Both the position numbers and the translations under genes were made by a program. Source: Candidatus Parcubacteria bacterium (GTDB lineage Bacteria; Patescibacteriota; Minisyncoccia; Phycocordibacterales; CAIJYI01). Taken from it: 64,000 nt of DNA. Shown piece after piece: positions 46,901 through 57,113 of the stretch. Within the stretch, counting starts at the first letter, position 1; every line of letters begins with the position of its first letter. The notes beneath the pieces are model-generated. The model searched no databases. It was not told the DNA's origin and was given only the letters and a program-made list of their open reading frames with translations. Where the stretch lies: NCBI GenBank assembly GCA_026395595.1, contig JAPLYL010000005.1, positions 12,853 to 76,852 of the forward strand, read 5' to 3'.

Positions 46901-47148
46901 ATATGCCGATAACTGTCGTCGGTCTGATAGAAGAACTGCGCGAGGTCATCACCAAGAAAAACGAAAAAATGGCCTTCATAAAAGTGGCCGATTTGAACGA
47001 TACGATAGAGGTCGTTGTTTTCCCCCGAACCTTTGAACTCTGCAAAGAATTCCTCGTCGCTGAAAAATGCGTCGCCATCAAAGGCAAATTCTCCAAAAGA
47101 AACGGCGAACCGAGCGTCATTGCCGATGCCATGAAATTGCTTGACTAA
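43945..47148 (+). CDS. dnaE: DNA polymerase III alpha subunit
   Basis: N-terminal PHP domain (HLHTHTHYSLLDG), the polymerase core, and an OB-fold C-terminus; 1067 aa. Confidence 0.93.
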   Translation: MSDTPTKRFVHLHTHTHYSLLDGLSKIENLIKVAKEDGMPAIAVTDHGNMYGAIELYKKCTAAGIKPIIGVEAYIANRTRFDKEPGVDNKRYHLTLLAKNNTGYRNLIKMVTASNLEGYYYKPRMDKDLLRANSEGIICLSGCFGGELARAIRNKDKERAIAIIREHQEIFGVENYFLEIQRHSGIEGHNQWEKDVVALGKELGIKVVASQDSHYTKKDDKRAHETLLAVGTGNPVGTDTNLTFGSDDYSFITTAEAYAYFKDTPEAVENTSFIADMCDIQIELGKWTFPNYLIPEGTTYDSELRRLTFEGIAKQGMKETKQVIDRIEYELNIIKTKGYSPYFLVVSDLLRFAREAGIMTNVRGSGAGSLCSYLIGITLVDPLEYKLPFERFLNPERPSAPDIDMDYADNRRDEVIEYAKRKYGADHVAQIGTFGTMAARGAVKDVARALGYPYATGDKISKIIPMGSQGFPMTIDHALDIVPELKEMYDRESDVKEIIDLAKKLEGCVRHISVHAAGVVISPTILSDFTPSQMDPKGGKIITQYEMHAVEDVGLLKYDFLGIRNLAILADAVRLAKKYHGIELDIQKVPRNDKKTFQMLAKGETIGLFQLNGSGMTKYLMDLRPTTIHDINAMVALYRPGPMESIPEYIKRKRNPKLVTYLDPRMEDILDQSFGVITYQDDVMMIAIKLAGYSWLEADKLRKAMGKKIPAEMEIQKKKLLEGFLKNGLSKEKTKELWALIEPFAAYGFNKAHAASYGLVAYQTAYMKANFPAEYMAAVLTAESGDVEKIFEIITECKHMNLPVLPPDVNESMGDFAVIKGETPDKDKIRFGLHTIKNLGEEISDYIIEEREKNGRYKTFAEFLERVKHKNLNKKSLEALVKCGAMDELGERGQIIFNMEDALAYSKGLVKENKAQTSLFGLMSAETSLPALKLKPCEPAKPFEKLVWEKELLGLYISGHPLDKYREKMEAREWNNAKLKENGKDNMPITVVGLIEELREVITKKNEKMAFIKVADLNDTIEVVVFPRTFELCKEFLVAEKCVAIKGKFSKRNGEPSVIADAMKLLD

Positions 47149-47215
47149 AATAGTAATTCATGATAAAATAAACACTAGATTTGTGATCAACCGCAAGAAG
47201 GTAGAAGGTGAAGAT

Positions 47216-47440
47216 ATGAACATACAAGTTTTTTATGAAGAAACAGACGTGAGTCTGCAAATAACAGGAAAGAATATTGAGCTCGGAGAAATATGCAGAG
47301 TTAGCGTCTTTTCGGGAGCAACTGAGCCTGCTCGTCGCGTGGCTCTAGTTGACACGAAATCCTTTTACATGGACGAAGAAAGTATGGTTATCATTAGTAA
47401 AATTGGTGGCGGTGTAGTGGCCGAGATACGTCACAATTAA
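47216..47440 (+). CDS. Small hypothetical protein (internal start with a GAAGGTGAAG RBS)
   Basis: A strong terminator follows (47449-47490). Confidence 0.4.
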   Translation: MNIQVFYEETDVSLQITGKNIELGEICRVSVFSGATEPARRVALVDTKSFYMDEESMVIISKIGGGVVAEIRHN

Positions 47441-47724
47441 AAACAAAGAAACAGCGGCGAGGTTTGACCTCGCCGCTTTATTTTTTTACCATTTAATCGG
47501 TATCATCGTATTGGCACCGATATTTTATGCTTGGCGCTCTTTTTTCCAAAAAGTCATTTACAAAATGACATAACCACGTTAAAAACTTCTTTTTCATTGT
47601 TCACTCCCTTTGTGTTTGTACAACTTTATTCATTGAATTTATAGCACGAAATTAAAAAATAAACAAACTTTCAAAAAACCGCGTTTTCCTGTAACCTATA
47701 TATCATCAATAAGTTATATTTAAC

Positions 47725-48576
47725 ATGAAAAACACAAAACCTCTCATCGGATTTATCGGACAAGGATGGATCGGTAAAAATTACGCCGACAACTTTGAAG
47801 AGCGCAGGTACGAAACTGTGCGATACTCGCAAGAAGAACCCTATATCAAAAACAAAGAAAAAATAGCGAAGTGTGATATCGTCTTTATCGCCGTCCCCAC
47901 CCCCACTACCCCGCAAGGTTTCAGCGATGCCATACTCCGCAAAGTGCTTCCTCTCATCGGAAAAGGAAAGATTGCCGTAATCAAATCAACGCTTCTTCCC
48001 GGAACAACCGCAAAACTTCAGAAGAAGAATCCCGATATCATCGTTATGCATTCTCCTGAATTCCTTGTGGAAGCGACGGCAAAATACAACACGACCAATC
48101 CGGAAAGAAACATTATCGGCATTCCTTACTTCACCGATAAATACAAAAAAGCAGCCAAACGCGCGATGGAAGTTATGGCGAAAGCTCCCTATGAACTTAT
48201 CTGTTCCGCAGAAGAGGCGGAGCTGGTAAAATACGGAGGAAATTGTTTCTTGTATGTGAAAGTGGTATTTGCCAACCTGTTCCACGACCTCTCTCAAAAA
48301 TTCCCGAACGTAAAATACGAGACGGTACGAGATGCCGTGAGCGCAGACCCTCGCATCGGCGCTTCCCATTTGGACCCGATACACAAAAGCGGACGAGGCG
48401 CGGGAGGGCATTGCTTCATTAAAGATTTCGCCGCCTTCGCTTCCCTTTATGAAAAACTGGCAAAAGATCCTCATGGAACCGAAGCGCTCCGAGCTTTTGA
48501 AAAAAAGAACAATCACCTTTTAAAAACCAGTAAAAAAGATCTTGATCTCCTCCGCGGAGTATACGGGGAAGATTAA
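47725..48576 (+). CDS. UDP-glucose/GDP-mannose dehydrogenase family protein (short form)
   Basis: N-terminal GxGxxG (GFIGQGWIG), IAVPTP, and catalytic Cys motif GGHCFIKD. Only 283 aa, apparently lacking the usual C-terminal nucleotide-sugar binding domain. Confidence 0.6.
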   Translation: MKNTKPLIGFIGQGWIGKNYADNFEERRYETVRYSQEEPYIKNKEKIAKCDIVFIAVPTPTTPQGFSDAILRKVLPLIGKGKIAVIKSTLLPGTTAKLQKKNPDIIVMHSPEFLVEATAKYNTTNPERNIIGIPYFTDKYKKAAKRAMEVMAKAPYELICSAEEAELVKYGGNCFLYVKVVFANLFHDLSQKFPNVKYETVRDAVSADPRIGASHLDPIHKSGRGAGGHCFIKDFAAFASLYEKLAKDPHGTEALRAFEKKNNHLLKTSKKDLDLLRGVYGED

Positions 48577-48610
48577 GAAATGGTATAATGATGAAATAAA
48601 ACTCATCATT

Positions 48611-51265
48611 ATGAATAATCATTCCAACTCACAATCGCTTTCGGAAATTTTTGAGACGCTCCGCACGAGAAAAAACGGTCTCACCGGAGAAGAAGCAAAA
48701 AGAAGACTGGACGAATACGGACTGAATAAGTTACCGGATGCCAAGGCTGATAGCCTTGCGGTTATTTTCTTTCGTCAATTCCAAAGCCCTCTTATTTATA
48801 TATTGCTCGGAGCAAGCGTTCTCGTCTTTTTTATCGGCGAAAAAACTGACAGTTTGATCATTCTTGCCGTACTTTTTTTCAATGCCATTATAGGAACCGT
48901 TCAAGAAGGAAAAGCGCAAAATACACTGATTGCTCTTAAAAATTTTGTGGAAACCAAAGCCACCGTTCTTCGCGATGGAATAGAAATTATTATTTCAGGC
49001 ACCGAGATTGTTCCCGGCGATATCATTGTTCTTCAGGAAGGAGAAAAAATCCCCGCAGATGCCCGAATAACCCTCTCCAAGAATCTTACTATTGATGAAT
49101 CAGCTCTTACCGGAGAATCAGAACCGGTACACAAAACATCCGAAAATATGCCGGACTCAGAAGAACAAAATTTGCTTTTCAAGGGAACTCATATCGTCGC
49201 GGGACGAGGAATGGCGGTAGTTACTGCCACCGCGCTTAATACCAAAATTGGAAAGATCGCCGAAGAAATCACCACGGTTGAATCAGAAATTCCTCTCAAA
49301 ACAAATATCCGCGACCTCTCCCGCCTTATCGTCATCGTCGTAGCCGTTACCTGCATATTTCTTTTTATTGCCGGGACTTTATCGGGAAAATCCCCTACAG
49401 AAATGTTTACCACAGTCGTAGCTCTTTCTGTTTCCATTATTCCCGAGGGTCTCCCTATTGTTATGACGCTTGTTCTTGCGAGCGGAGTTTGGAGAATGTC
49501 AAAACAGGGAGTACTCATAAAAAAACTTCAAGCAGTTGAAGCCTTGGGACAAGCAAAGGTTATTGCCGTAGACAAAACAGGAACCATTACCAAAAATGAA
49601 ATGGTCGTTCAAAAGGTATATATTGACGGAAAAACTTTTGAGATAGGAGGTATCGGTTATGAACCGAAAGGAGAAATTTCTTTAAACAAAACAGCTCTTG
49701 ACTCAGCCAACCACCCGGAACTTTTGTTCATCGGAAAGATTGCCTCACTCTGTTCCAATGCCAGCGTAAAATACTCGGAAGATGCCAAAGAATGGAGGGT
49801 AAGCGGAGACCCCACAGAGGCTGCCATCCTCGTCATCTCTCAAAAACTTGGCTTCCGCAAAGAAGAATTATTCCGCGAATCGCCGCTTCTTTCAGAGATT
49901 ACGTTTGATTACCGAAACAAATACCGCGCCACACTCAATCAAATCGGCGATAAAAAATTTATTTCTGTTATAGGCGCTCCGGAAACCATACTCCGTGAAT
50001 GCAAAAAAATATGGAAAGATGGAAAAGAACATGCGATAACGGAAAACGATAAAAAAGAAATTAACTCGGTACTTCTTTCTCTTTCTCAAAAAGGATTGCG
50101 GGTTGTTGCAGTTGCCGAACGGCACAGCTCTCACGACACAATAAACAAAGAAAACATCCGAGATATAACCTTCGTCGGATTCCTCGGAATGAAAGACGCT
50201 CTCCGGTCAGAAGTCGCCGATGCCATAAAAAAAACGACTGAAGCGGGAATACGAGTGGTTATGATTACGGGAGATTATGAAATTACCGCGATGGCAATTG
50301 CGCAAGAAGCGGGTATTTACCATGAAGGAGATATTCTTCTGACAGGAAAAGAAATTGATCAACTTTCAGAAAAAGAACTTTCAGAAAAACTTGGTAAAAC
50401 CTCGGTATTCGCCCGAGTAACCCCAGAGCATAAACTTCGCATTATCCAAGCATATAAAGCGAGAGGAGAGATTATCGCTATGACAGGAGACGGGGTGAAC
50501 GACGCGCCGTCGCTTGTCGCGGCAGATCTCGGGGTGGCCATGGGAAAAGTCGGAACAGAAGTAGCAAAAGAGGCTTCCGATATCGTGCTTCTTGACGACA
50601 ATTTTGGAAGTATCATATCGGCAGTAGAGGAAGGCCGGGGAATTTACAAAACCATTAAAAAAGTCATTCTTTATCTATTTTCTACGAACGTCGGAGAAGT
50701 ATTCACTATTGCCGGAGCTATTTTTATCGGTTTTCCTCTTCCTATCCTTCCCGTGCAAATCATTTGGCTCAATTTCGTAACCGACGGTTTCCTTGATGTT
50801 GCGCTGGCAATGAGCCCAAAAGGAAAAAGGATTCTTTCCGAGAAATTTCAACACCCGCAAAAATATCTGGTAGATAAACTCATGTCATTCCGGATAGTCC
50901 TCATGGCAGTACCGATGGCTATCGGAACACTCTGGCTTTTTTCCAAATACTATCAAACGGATATGACAAAAGCGTGGACGATGTCGCTCGTAACTCTCGC
51001 GGTCTTCCAGTGGTTCAACGCATGGAATTGCCGATCAGACAAAAAATCCATTTTCACCAGTAACCCGTTCTCAAACTTATACCTCGTCGGAGCGACCGCT
51101 ATCGTCATATCCCTCCAATTTTTTGCCATATACAACCCTTTCATGCAAAAAATTCTCCATACTGTTCCCCTCCAGTCGAATGAATGGATCATGATTATTT
51201 TTGTCGCATCTTCTATTGTAGTAATAGAAGAAATACGAAAATTCCTTTATCGGAAACAAAATTGA
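48611..51265 (+). CDS. Cation-transporting P-type ATPase (P2-type, Ca/Mg-like)
   Basis: DKTGTIT phosphorylation motif, TGES, MTGDGVNDAPSL, and 10 transmembrane segments. Start placed at MNNHS just before the conserved LTGEEAKRRL segment. Confidence 0.9.
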   Translation: MNNHSNSQSLSEIFETLRTRKNGLTGEEAKRRLDEYGLNKLPDAKADSLAVIFFRQFQSPLIYILLGASVLVFFIGEKTDSLIILAVLFFNAIIGTVQEGKAQNTLIALKNFVETKATVLRDGIEIIISGTEIVPGDIIVLQEGEKIPADARITLSKNLTIDESALTGESEPVHKTSENMPDSEEQNLLFKGTHIVAGRGMAVVTATALNTKIGKIAEEITTVESEIPLKTNIRDLSRLIVIVVAVTCIFLFIAGTLSGKSPTEMFTTVVALSVSIIPEGLPIVMTLVLASGVWRMSKQGVLIKKLQAVEALGQAKVIAVDKTGTITKNEMVVQKVYIDGKTFEIGGIGYEPKGEISLNKTALDSANHPELLFIGKIASLCSNASVKYSEDAKEWRVSGDPTEAAILVISQKLGFRKEELFRESPLLSEITFDYRNKYRATLNQIGDKKFISVIGAPETILRECKKIWKDGKEHAITENDKKEINSVLLSLSQKGLRVVAVAERHSSHDTINKENIRDITFVGFLGMKDALRSEVADAIKKTTEAGIRVVMITGDYEITAMAIAQEAGIYHEGDILLTGKEIDQLSEKELSEKLGKTSVFARVTPEHKLRIIQAYKARGEIIAMTGDGVNDAPSLVAADLGVAMGKVGTEVAKEASDIVLLDDNFGSIISAVEEGRGIYKTIKKVILYLFSTNVGEVFTIAGAIFIGFPLPILPVQIIWLNFVTDGFLDVALAMSPKGKRILSEKFQHPQKYLVDKLMSFRIVLMAVPMAIGTLWLFSKYYQTDMTKAWTMSLVTLAVFQWFNAWNCRSDKKSIFTSNPFSNLYLVGATAIVISLQFFAIYNPFMQKILHTVPLQSNEWIMIIFVASSIVVIEEIRKFLYRKQN

Positions 51266-51338
51266 CTTTGACTCTAAAAATAAGTACAGTTATGACTGAA
51301 TAAACCTACCGTTCTTTTACTCTCAAGGAGAAATATCA

Positions 51339-51980
51339 TTGGAAATTTATCATATCTTTACAGAATTTATCTTTGCCAACAGTAAGATTATTTTGGGAAG
51401 TATCGGCGCACTTCTCGGCTTTGCGGGTTATATCCATTATTATATAAATATCTTCCTCCGAGGAGGAAATAAACCGAGTCTTTTTACTTGGGTCCCCTTA
51501 TCGCTTGTCGTCGGTTTCGGGTTCTACGCGCAATTAAAAACAGGCGGTCTCTGGGGATCGGCAGTAACCGGAGCTACTGCGCTTAACGTCTTTATCGTTG
51601 CAATCATCTCTCTTTTTTGTGAAAAACAAAAACCTCTATGGAGTGATTGGGTATGTTTTATCGGTGCCCTCATTGCGATCATCTGGTGGAGAACTTCATA
51701 TGGACTGATCATGCCCGTGGTTATCGTTTCTTTTACCAATATTATCGCTTTTTACCCTACATGGAGAAACGGATACCGAGACCCATTCAAGGAAACGCTC
51801 TGGATGTGGTTTCTGAATTGCATAAAATTCGTTTTCGGGATAGCTGCGATTAAGACATACAGCATCACTACGCTACTCTTTCCTCTCTCCATCGCAACGA
51901 TAGACGGCGCTTTTTTCCTCGCTATTTTCTTTCGGAGAAAATATCTCCGTTTCAAAAAAAATTCTGTCATAGCAGAATAA
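51339..51980 (+). CDS. Polytopic membrane protein, paralog of 17328..17921
   Basis: Shared sequence blocks with the 17.3 kb ORF. A strong terminator follows. Confidence 0.6.
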   Translation: MEIYHIFTEFIFANSKIILGSIGALLGFAGYIHYYINIFLRGGNKPSLFTWVPLSLVVGFGFYAQLKTGGLWGSAVTGATALNVFIVAIISLFCEKQKPLWSDWVCFIGALIAIIWWRTSYGLIMPVVIVSFTNIIAFYPTWRNGYRDPFKETLWMWFLNCIKFVFGIAAIKTYSITTLLFPLSIATIDGAFFLAIFFRRKYLRFKKNSVIAE

Positions 51981-52023
51981 GAAAAACCCCGCAATCGCGG
52001 TAGCGATTTTACGGGGTTTTATT

Positions 52024-52377
52024 TTATGACTTTGCGGTCAATAGATAGTATTCATCCAAAGCATCAATAAGTTCTGCACTAGAGGTCATTGCGGGGCCTC
52101 CGCCCATAACCATGGCCACTTCATAGACGCTCATGATTTCTTCGCGTGTTACGCCGAGTTTTTTGCAGGCTTGCACATGCAGAATAATGCAATTATGACA
52201 GCGAACGGAAAGAGCGATTCCGAGAGCAATCAGTTCTTTTGTTTTGGCGTCAACCGCTCCCGAGGCCATGGCTTTTTCATGAAATGCGCCCCATGCTTTC
52301 ATCGTATCCGGCAAAGCGGTTCGAGCTCCTCTCATGCCTTTTTTAATACTTTCAAATTTTTCAGCTGCTTGCGTCAT
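52024..52377 (-). CDS. Carboxymuconolactone decarboxylase (AhpD-like) family protein
   Basis: The CMD-family core includes the RCHNCI motif. Start moved to the Met with a perfect AAGGAGG RBS. Confidence 0.75.
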   Translation of the reverse strand: MTQAAEKFESIKKGMRGARTALPDTMKAWGAFHEKAMASGAVDAKTKELIALGIALSVRCHNCIILHVQACKKLGVTREEIMSVYEVAMVMGGGPAMTSSAELIDALDEYYLLTAKS

Positions 52378-52471
52378 GCTTCCTCCTTTGGTTTGAGAAC
52401 ATAACCGTTCGTACTCTACCACAAAAGGCAAAAAAGAAAAGCTCCGCAAAAGCGGAGCTTTTCTTTTTGTA

Positions 52472-52783
52472 TTAGACGGTCTCGGCTTTCACTTCCGTGA
52501 AGTTTTGGCGATGACCTCTTTTTTTGAAGTAACGGCTTTTTTGTTTGTATTTGATGGTGGTAACCTTTTTAGCTCTTCCGTTTCCGATAAAACCGCATTC
52601 AACGGTAGCTCCTTCAATATACGGAGTTCCAATTTCAATCTTTCCGTCTTCCGAAGTCAAAAGAACCTTGTCAAAAATGACCGTTTCTCCTTCCTTGGCT
52701 TCAGCAAGTTTTTCAACCCGAAACGATTGTCCCGGTTCAATTCTATATTGTTTTCCTCCTGTTTCTATAATGGCGAATTTCAT
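52472..52783 (-). CDS. rplU: 50S ribosomal protein L21
   Basis: MKFAIIETGGKQY... is the canonical L21 N-terminus. Confidence 0.9.
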   Translation of the reverse strand: MKFAIIETGGKQYRIEPGQSFRVEKLAEAKEGETVIFDKVLLTSEDGKIEIGTPYIEGATVECGFIGNGRAKKVTTIKYKQKSRYFKKRGHRQNFTEVKAETV

Positions 52784-52889
52784 AGTTCCTCTATCTTACA
52801 GGAAATCTCAAGAAAAAGCAACCCTTTTCGTCCTTTCCATGTGTTTACCATTAAATGGCTTAAAATAAGGATAAATTACGCCAAACTGG

Positions 52890-54287
52890 CTATTTTACCA
52901 GTTTGAACCACGTTTTCTTCCCCGCTTTGACAATATCGCCGTCTTTTACAGAAAGCTTCTCGTGGATGTCGGAAACCTTTTCTTCATTCAAGCTTATTGC
53001 CCCTTGGTCAAAAAGCCGGCGTATTTCCGAGTTGCTTTTATCTTCCCCCTCAAAGCATTTCTGCAGAAGTTCCAACGCTTCATACTTTTTCTCAGATACA
53101 TTCACTTCCGGCATATTCTCGGGCACCCCTCCTTTTTGAAAAGTATTCACGAATTCTTCTTCCGCCTCAATGGCCTTCGCTTCTCCATGATAAATGGAAA
53201 CGATTTCTTTCGCCAAACGCATCTTGGCATCGCGCGGATTCCCTCCCTTTTCTATCTTTTCAAAAATTTCTTTTACCATGTCTAACGGCGTGTACGTGCA
53301 AAGCTCAAAATAGGTTTTCAGCGCCGTATCAGGAACAGACATGATCTTCCCGTACATATCGGAGGGTTCATCAGTAATGGCAACATAATTATCCAAGCTC
53401 TTACTCATTTTTTCTTTTCCGTCTGTGCCGACGAGCAATTCAAAAGAGAGTACTGATTGTTCCACTGCTTTGTTCGCTTTCATAACATCGCGTCCCATCA
53501 GCATGTTGAACGTCTGATCGGTTCCTCCGACCTCCAAATCGCAACTGCCGTATAAATGAGAAATGATAAGCGAGTCTATTCCCTGAATGACCGGATACAG
53601 CATTTCGTGCATATAAAGTTCCTCGCCGTTTTCTATCCTCTCCTGAAACATATCGCGCTGAATAAGCCTGCCGTGAGTAATATGTTTGAGCGTCCAGAGC
53701 AATCCCTGAAACGTGATGCTTTCAATTCCCTCTTTATGAAGGTGCGTTCTCTGCATTCTCGTCTGGTCAAAAATAGCGGCCTTGGACAAAAATGAATTTG
53801 CCGGAAAGGTCAAAGATTTTCCTTCTTGCGTTACGGTAACGGCATTCGGAGAAAAAATATCGGCAACACCGTAGAACCAATCGGAATTGCGAATCCAAGA
53901 AAACACCTTTTCGTCCGTGCGAAGAATTTTCCCCACCTGATCCAAATAGGTTTTCATATTCGCTTCCACTTCTTTCTGTTCCACTTCCGGGCGGACTTTA
54001 CTCTTGCCGGTCGGGTCTCCTATTTGCGCGGTGTAATCGCCGATAAGAAAAATGATCTTGCAACCCATGTCTTGCAAGCTCCTCAATTTCCGCAGAACAA
54101 CCGAATGACCCAAATGAATATCGGGCCGCGTCGGGTCAACGCCGAATTTTATAATAATATCTTGAGGATATTCCCCTTTCGCTTTTGCCAGCAATTTCTT
54201 CCTGAAAGCGTCGTCCGGGTCCACAAACTTCCCCACCCCTCGCGAGAAAATGTCCCCAATCTTCTTCTCAATTTCTTTAGTTTCCAT
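52890..54287 (-). CDS. tyrS: Tyrosine--tRNA ligase
   Basis: HIGH motif (HLGH), TyrRS-type IGDPTGKS, KMSKS, and a C-terminal S4-like domain. Confidence 0.82.
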   Translation of the reverse strand: METKEIEKKIGDIFSRGVGKFVDPDDAFRKKLLAKAKGEYPQDIIIKFGVDPTRPDIHLGHSVVLRKLRSLQDMGCKIIFLIGDYTAQIGDPTGKSKVRPEVEQKEVEANMKTYLDQVGKILRTDEKVFSWIRNSDWFYGVADIFSPNAVTVTQEGKSLTFPANSFLSKAAIFDQTRMQRTHLHKEGIESITFQGLLWTLKHITHGRLIQRDMFQERIENGEELYMHEMLYPVIQGIDSLIISHLYGSCDLEVGGTDQTFNMLMGRDVMKANKAVEQSVLSFELLVGTDGKEKMSKSLDNYVAITDEPSDMYGKIMSVPDTALKTYFELCTYTPLDMVKEIFEKIEKGGNPRDAKMRLAKEIVSIYHGEAKAIEAEEEFVNTFQKGGVPENMPEVNVSEKKYEALELLQKCFEGEDKSNSEIRRLFDQGAISLNEEKVSDIHEKLSVKDGDIVKAGKKTWFKLVK

Positions 54288-54385
54288 ACTCTATAATTTA
54301 ACACAAACCGACGTTTTTAGCCAAAAAAACGTCACCTGAATAAATGTGGATAAAACTCTTGATTTGAATACCCAATTGACAGTAC

Positions 54386-55384
54386 CTATAGAATTATTCT
54401 TTTTTCAAACTCTTCATAATTTTTTAAAAGATACCCAATCCGGTAATTATCCATTTTCAAAAACAAGTCTACTCGTTTATTATTTTTCAAATAATGCTCG
54501 CTCTCAACCCATACCCTGTGAAAAGATTTTGTGTAAAACATTTTTAGCCCCCTCGCAAGTTCATCTTTTGGAATAGGGTATATATCCGAATATGAATCAA
54601 TATATCGTCTCGCATTTTTAAAACCTTTTTCATTAATTCCGCCGTTGAAAAAGATATATATCATAGACCGAAGCAACTCTTGCGTTCTTGGACAATACTC
54701 GGCTTTCTCAAAGTCAAAGACATGAGAAACCTTATTGTTTTTATCAAAAAAGACATTATGCTCCAAATAATCACCATGAATAAGATGGTCGCTCGGCAGA
54801 TCAAAATCTTCATAAACAAGAGAGTCTTTTAAGATAAGGTTCTTTTTTACTTGTATGCCTTTAAGAGCATCAGTGTCAAAGCCTGAAGGTTGCGATATTT
54901 TTTGTATTTCCGTCTCAATCAAAGATATCTCCTTAAGTGTTTTTTCTTTATCCCACGGTTTGAATATAGATTTTAAAGGAAGTTCTGAACTCTTTCCCAA
55001 AAGATGCATTTTCCCGAGCATCTCGGCCAAAGAAATAATGTCGGAATCAGTGAGGTTTTTCCCTTCTGTTTGAATATCCGAAATAAAAGGGAAAATTGCG
55101 TAAAACTCTCCATCAAAATGAAAAAAGGTTCTTCCCTCCTTCGTTGAAAGAGGAAGAATAACCGGAACCCCTCCGTCAGAAAAATACTTTTTAACAGAGT
55201 GGACTTCCAAAACCTTTTCTTCGTTGTCAAAACGATATTTCTTCAGAAAGAATTTAATATCTCCGTCATAAAGTACATTATTTTCAGACAAATACCCCTT
55301 CTGCACTCGTTCAAGAAACAAGAGCTTGATTCCATAAAGTTCATAGATGCGCCCAAGCAAGTTTTCCATATTAGTTTTCAGCAT
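54386..55384 (-). CDS. Phosphotransferase/kinase-like protein (APH/choline-kinase fold)
   Basis: Catalytic loop HGDYLEHNV and metal-binding D in VFDFEKAE. Confidence 0.6.
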   Translation of the reverse strand: MLKTNMENLLGRIYELYGIKLLFLERVQKGYLSENNVLYDGDIKFFLKKYRFDNEEKVLEVHSVKKYFSDGGVPVILPLSTKEGRTFFHFDGEFYAIFPFISDIQTEGKNLTDSDIISLAEMLGKMHLLGKSSELPLKSIFKPWDKEKTLKEISLIETEIQKISQPSGFDTDALKGIQVKKNLILKDSLVYEDFDLPSDHLIHGDYLEHNVFFDKNNKVSHVFDFEKAEYCPRTQELLRSMIYIFFNGGINEKGFKNARRYIDSYSDIYPIPKDELARGLKMFYTKSFHRVWVESEHYLKNNKRVDLFLKMDNYRIGYLLKNYEEFEKRIIL

Positions 55385-55441
55385 ATCACAAAAAACCGCT
55401 TGAAAAAAGCGGTTTTTTGCAGATTATTTTTTTCTAAACTT

Positions 55442-57067
55442 TTACTCCTCGCTCATTAATTCCACGAAAAACGTGGCGCCTTTGCCTTCACCCTCGGATT
55501 CGGCCCAGATTTTGCCGTGGTGGGACTTCATCATTTCTTGGGCGATGTATAAACCGATGCCGTTGCCGTCGGCATAGGTTTTTTGCACGTCTTTGGCGCG
55601 GTTGAATTTTTGGAAGAGATTGCTGATGGTTTCCGGAGACATTCCGATACCGCTGTCGTGGATGGAAATGCGCGTTTTGTTCGTCATGAAATCTTTTGTC
55701 AAAGAAACTTCAACGGACTGCCCTTCTTTGCTGTATTTGATCGCGTTGTCTATCAAGTTTGAAAGCACCTGACGGATTTTATTGTCGTCCGCCGTAACAT
55801 TGTAATTCCCGTTGCCGTCATCAGTAAAACGCAGTTCTTTCTTCTCGTTTTTCGCCCGCGTGGAAAATTCTTCAACCATTCCGGAAAGAAGTCCGCGCAT
55901 TTCCACGGTGCTAAACGTATACACCATTTTCCCTTGTTCTATATGGCTGATGGTCAAGAAGTCATCAATTGTTCCCGCAAGCCGCCGACTGGACTCATAC
56001 ACCTTATCCACCACTTCCGCCGCCTTGTCGGAAAGTTTCCCGTAAGACCCCTCCAACAGCATGGAAGAATATCCGATAATAGCCGTAAGCGGAGTCCTCA
56101 ACTGATGCGAAGCAATGGAAACAAATTCCGATTTCTGCTTGTCCAAAACACGAAGGTGTTCATTGGCAAGTTCAAGTTCCTTGGCAAGCTTTTCAGCGTA
56201 TTCTCTACTTTCAACATCTTTGAGAACACCCTTCACCAACAAAAAAGAGAAGAATGTTACCATACCCAATAAAGCAATTCGTATAGCGATTTCTTTTCCC
56301 GATTGAGAAAGGAATACTTCTCCAAAAAACACAGAAACAATAAGGAGGGCGAATATCTCTGTCGCAACAATTTTAATATCCAGCAGGTGATGTCTCACTA
56401 TCGCGTATGCGATCGTAAGCGACATGGCAATAGAAGTTACGGGACCAAGCCAAAAAAAACGGAAAGAACCAAGGGCGGGAGCGATAAGGTTCACAGAAAG
56501 ACCGCTTACCGTGGTGATTAAAGTCCCCACCAAAACATAAGCGATTTGAACTTTAATTATTCCGTCATTCTTAAAATACTTGCGAATCAACCTAACATAA
56601 CCCCATAAAAAATAAAAAACGATATATGCCCCGTACGATAAATATCCTTCGCCGAAGGTGATGATTTTATATCCTGAAAGAGATTGGTTTATCTCCCGAA
56701 TAATAAACCCATCCATCATAACCAAAAACATTATCAGCAAAGCGGGCAAAGAAATAAGGAGGCTGTTTCTATAATCCAAAACAGCCTCTTCTTCGGGAAA
56801 TGTGTAGGTAAAAAATACAAAAAAAAGCGGTATTAAACAGGCCACAACATACAAACTTTCTGTAACAATACGAAGGTAGACACTTTGAACAGAGATGGTT
56901 TCAAAAAAGAATCGAACAAGCGCCCAAAGAGCGACAGAAAAAGAGATGGAAGAAAAGAAAAAACCGTTTCTTTTTGCTTTTGCATTTGCATATATAATAA
57001 AACCCAAAACCAAATCCACCGCCACAGCAGCAAGCAAACTTATACTTGAAAAACTAATTATTGGCAT
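55442..57067 (-). CDS. Membrane sensor histidine kinase
   Basis: Six N-terminal transmembrane helices, an H-box HQLRTPLT, and HATPase N/G1/G2 boxes (NLIDNAIKY, DSGIGM, GIGLYIA). Confidence 0.88.
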   Translation of the reverse strand: MPIISFSSISLLAAVAVDLVLGFIIYANAKAKRNGFFFSSISFSVALWALVRFFFETISVQSVYLRIVTESLYVVACLIPLFFVFFTYTFPEEEAVLDYRNSLLISLPALLIMFLVMMDGFIIREINQSLSGYKIITFGEGYLSYGAYIVFYFLWGYVRLIRKYFKNDGIIKVQIAYVLVGTLITTVSGLSVNLIAPALGSFRFFWLGPVTSIAMSLTIAYAIVRHHLLDIKIVATEIFALLIVSVFFGEVFLSQSGKEIAIRIALLGMVTFFSFLLVKGVLKDVESREYAEKLAKELELANEHLRVLDKQKSEFVSIASHQLRTPLTAIIGYSSMLLEGSYGKLSDKAAEVVDKVYESSRRLAGTIDDFLTISHIEQGKMVYTFSTVEMRGLLSGMVEEFSTRAKNEKKELRFTDDGNGNYNVTADDNKIRQVLSNLIDNAIKYSKEGQSVEVSLTKDFMTNKTRISIHDSGIGMSPETISNLFQKFNRAKDVQKTYADGNGIGLYIAQEMMKSHHGKIWAESEGEGKGATFFVELMSEE

Positions 57068-57113
57068 AGGTACAGTGGTACAGGATTATTTGATAATGAA
57101 AACGTAAACTTTT

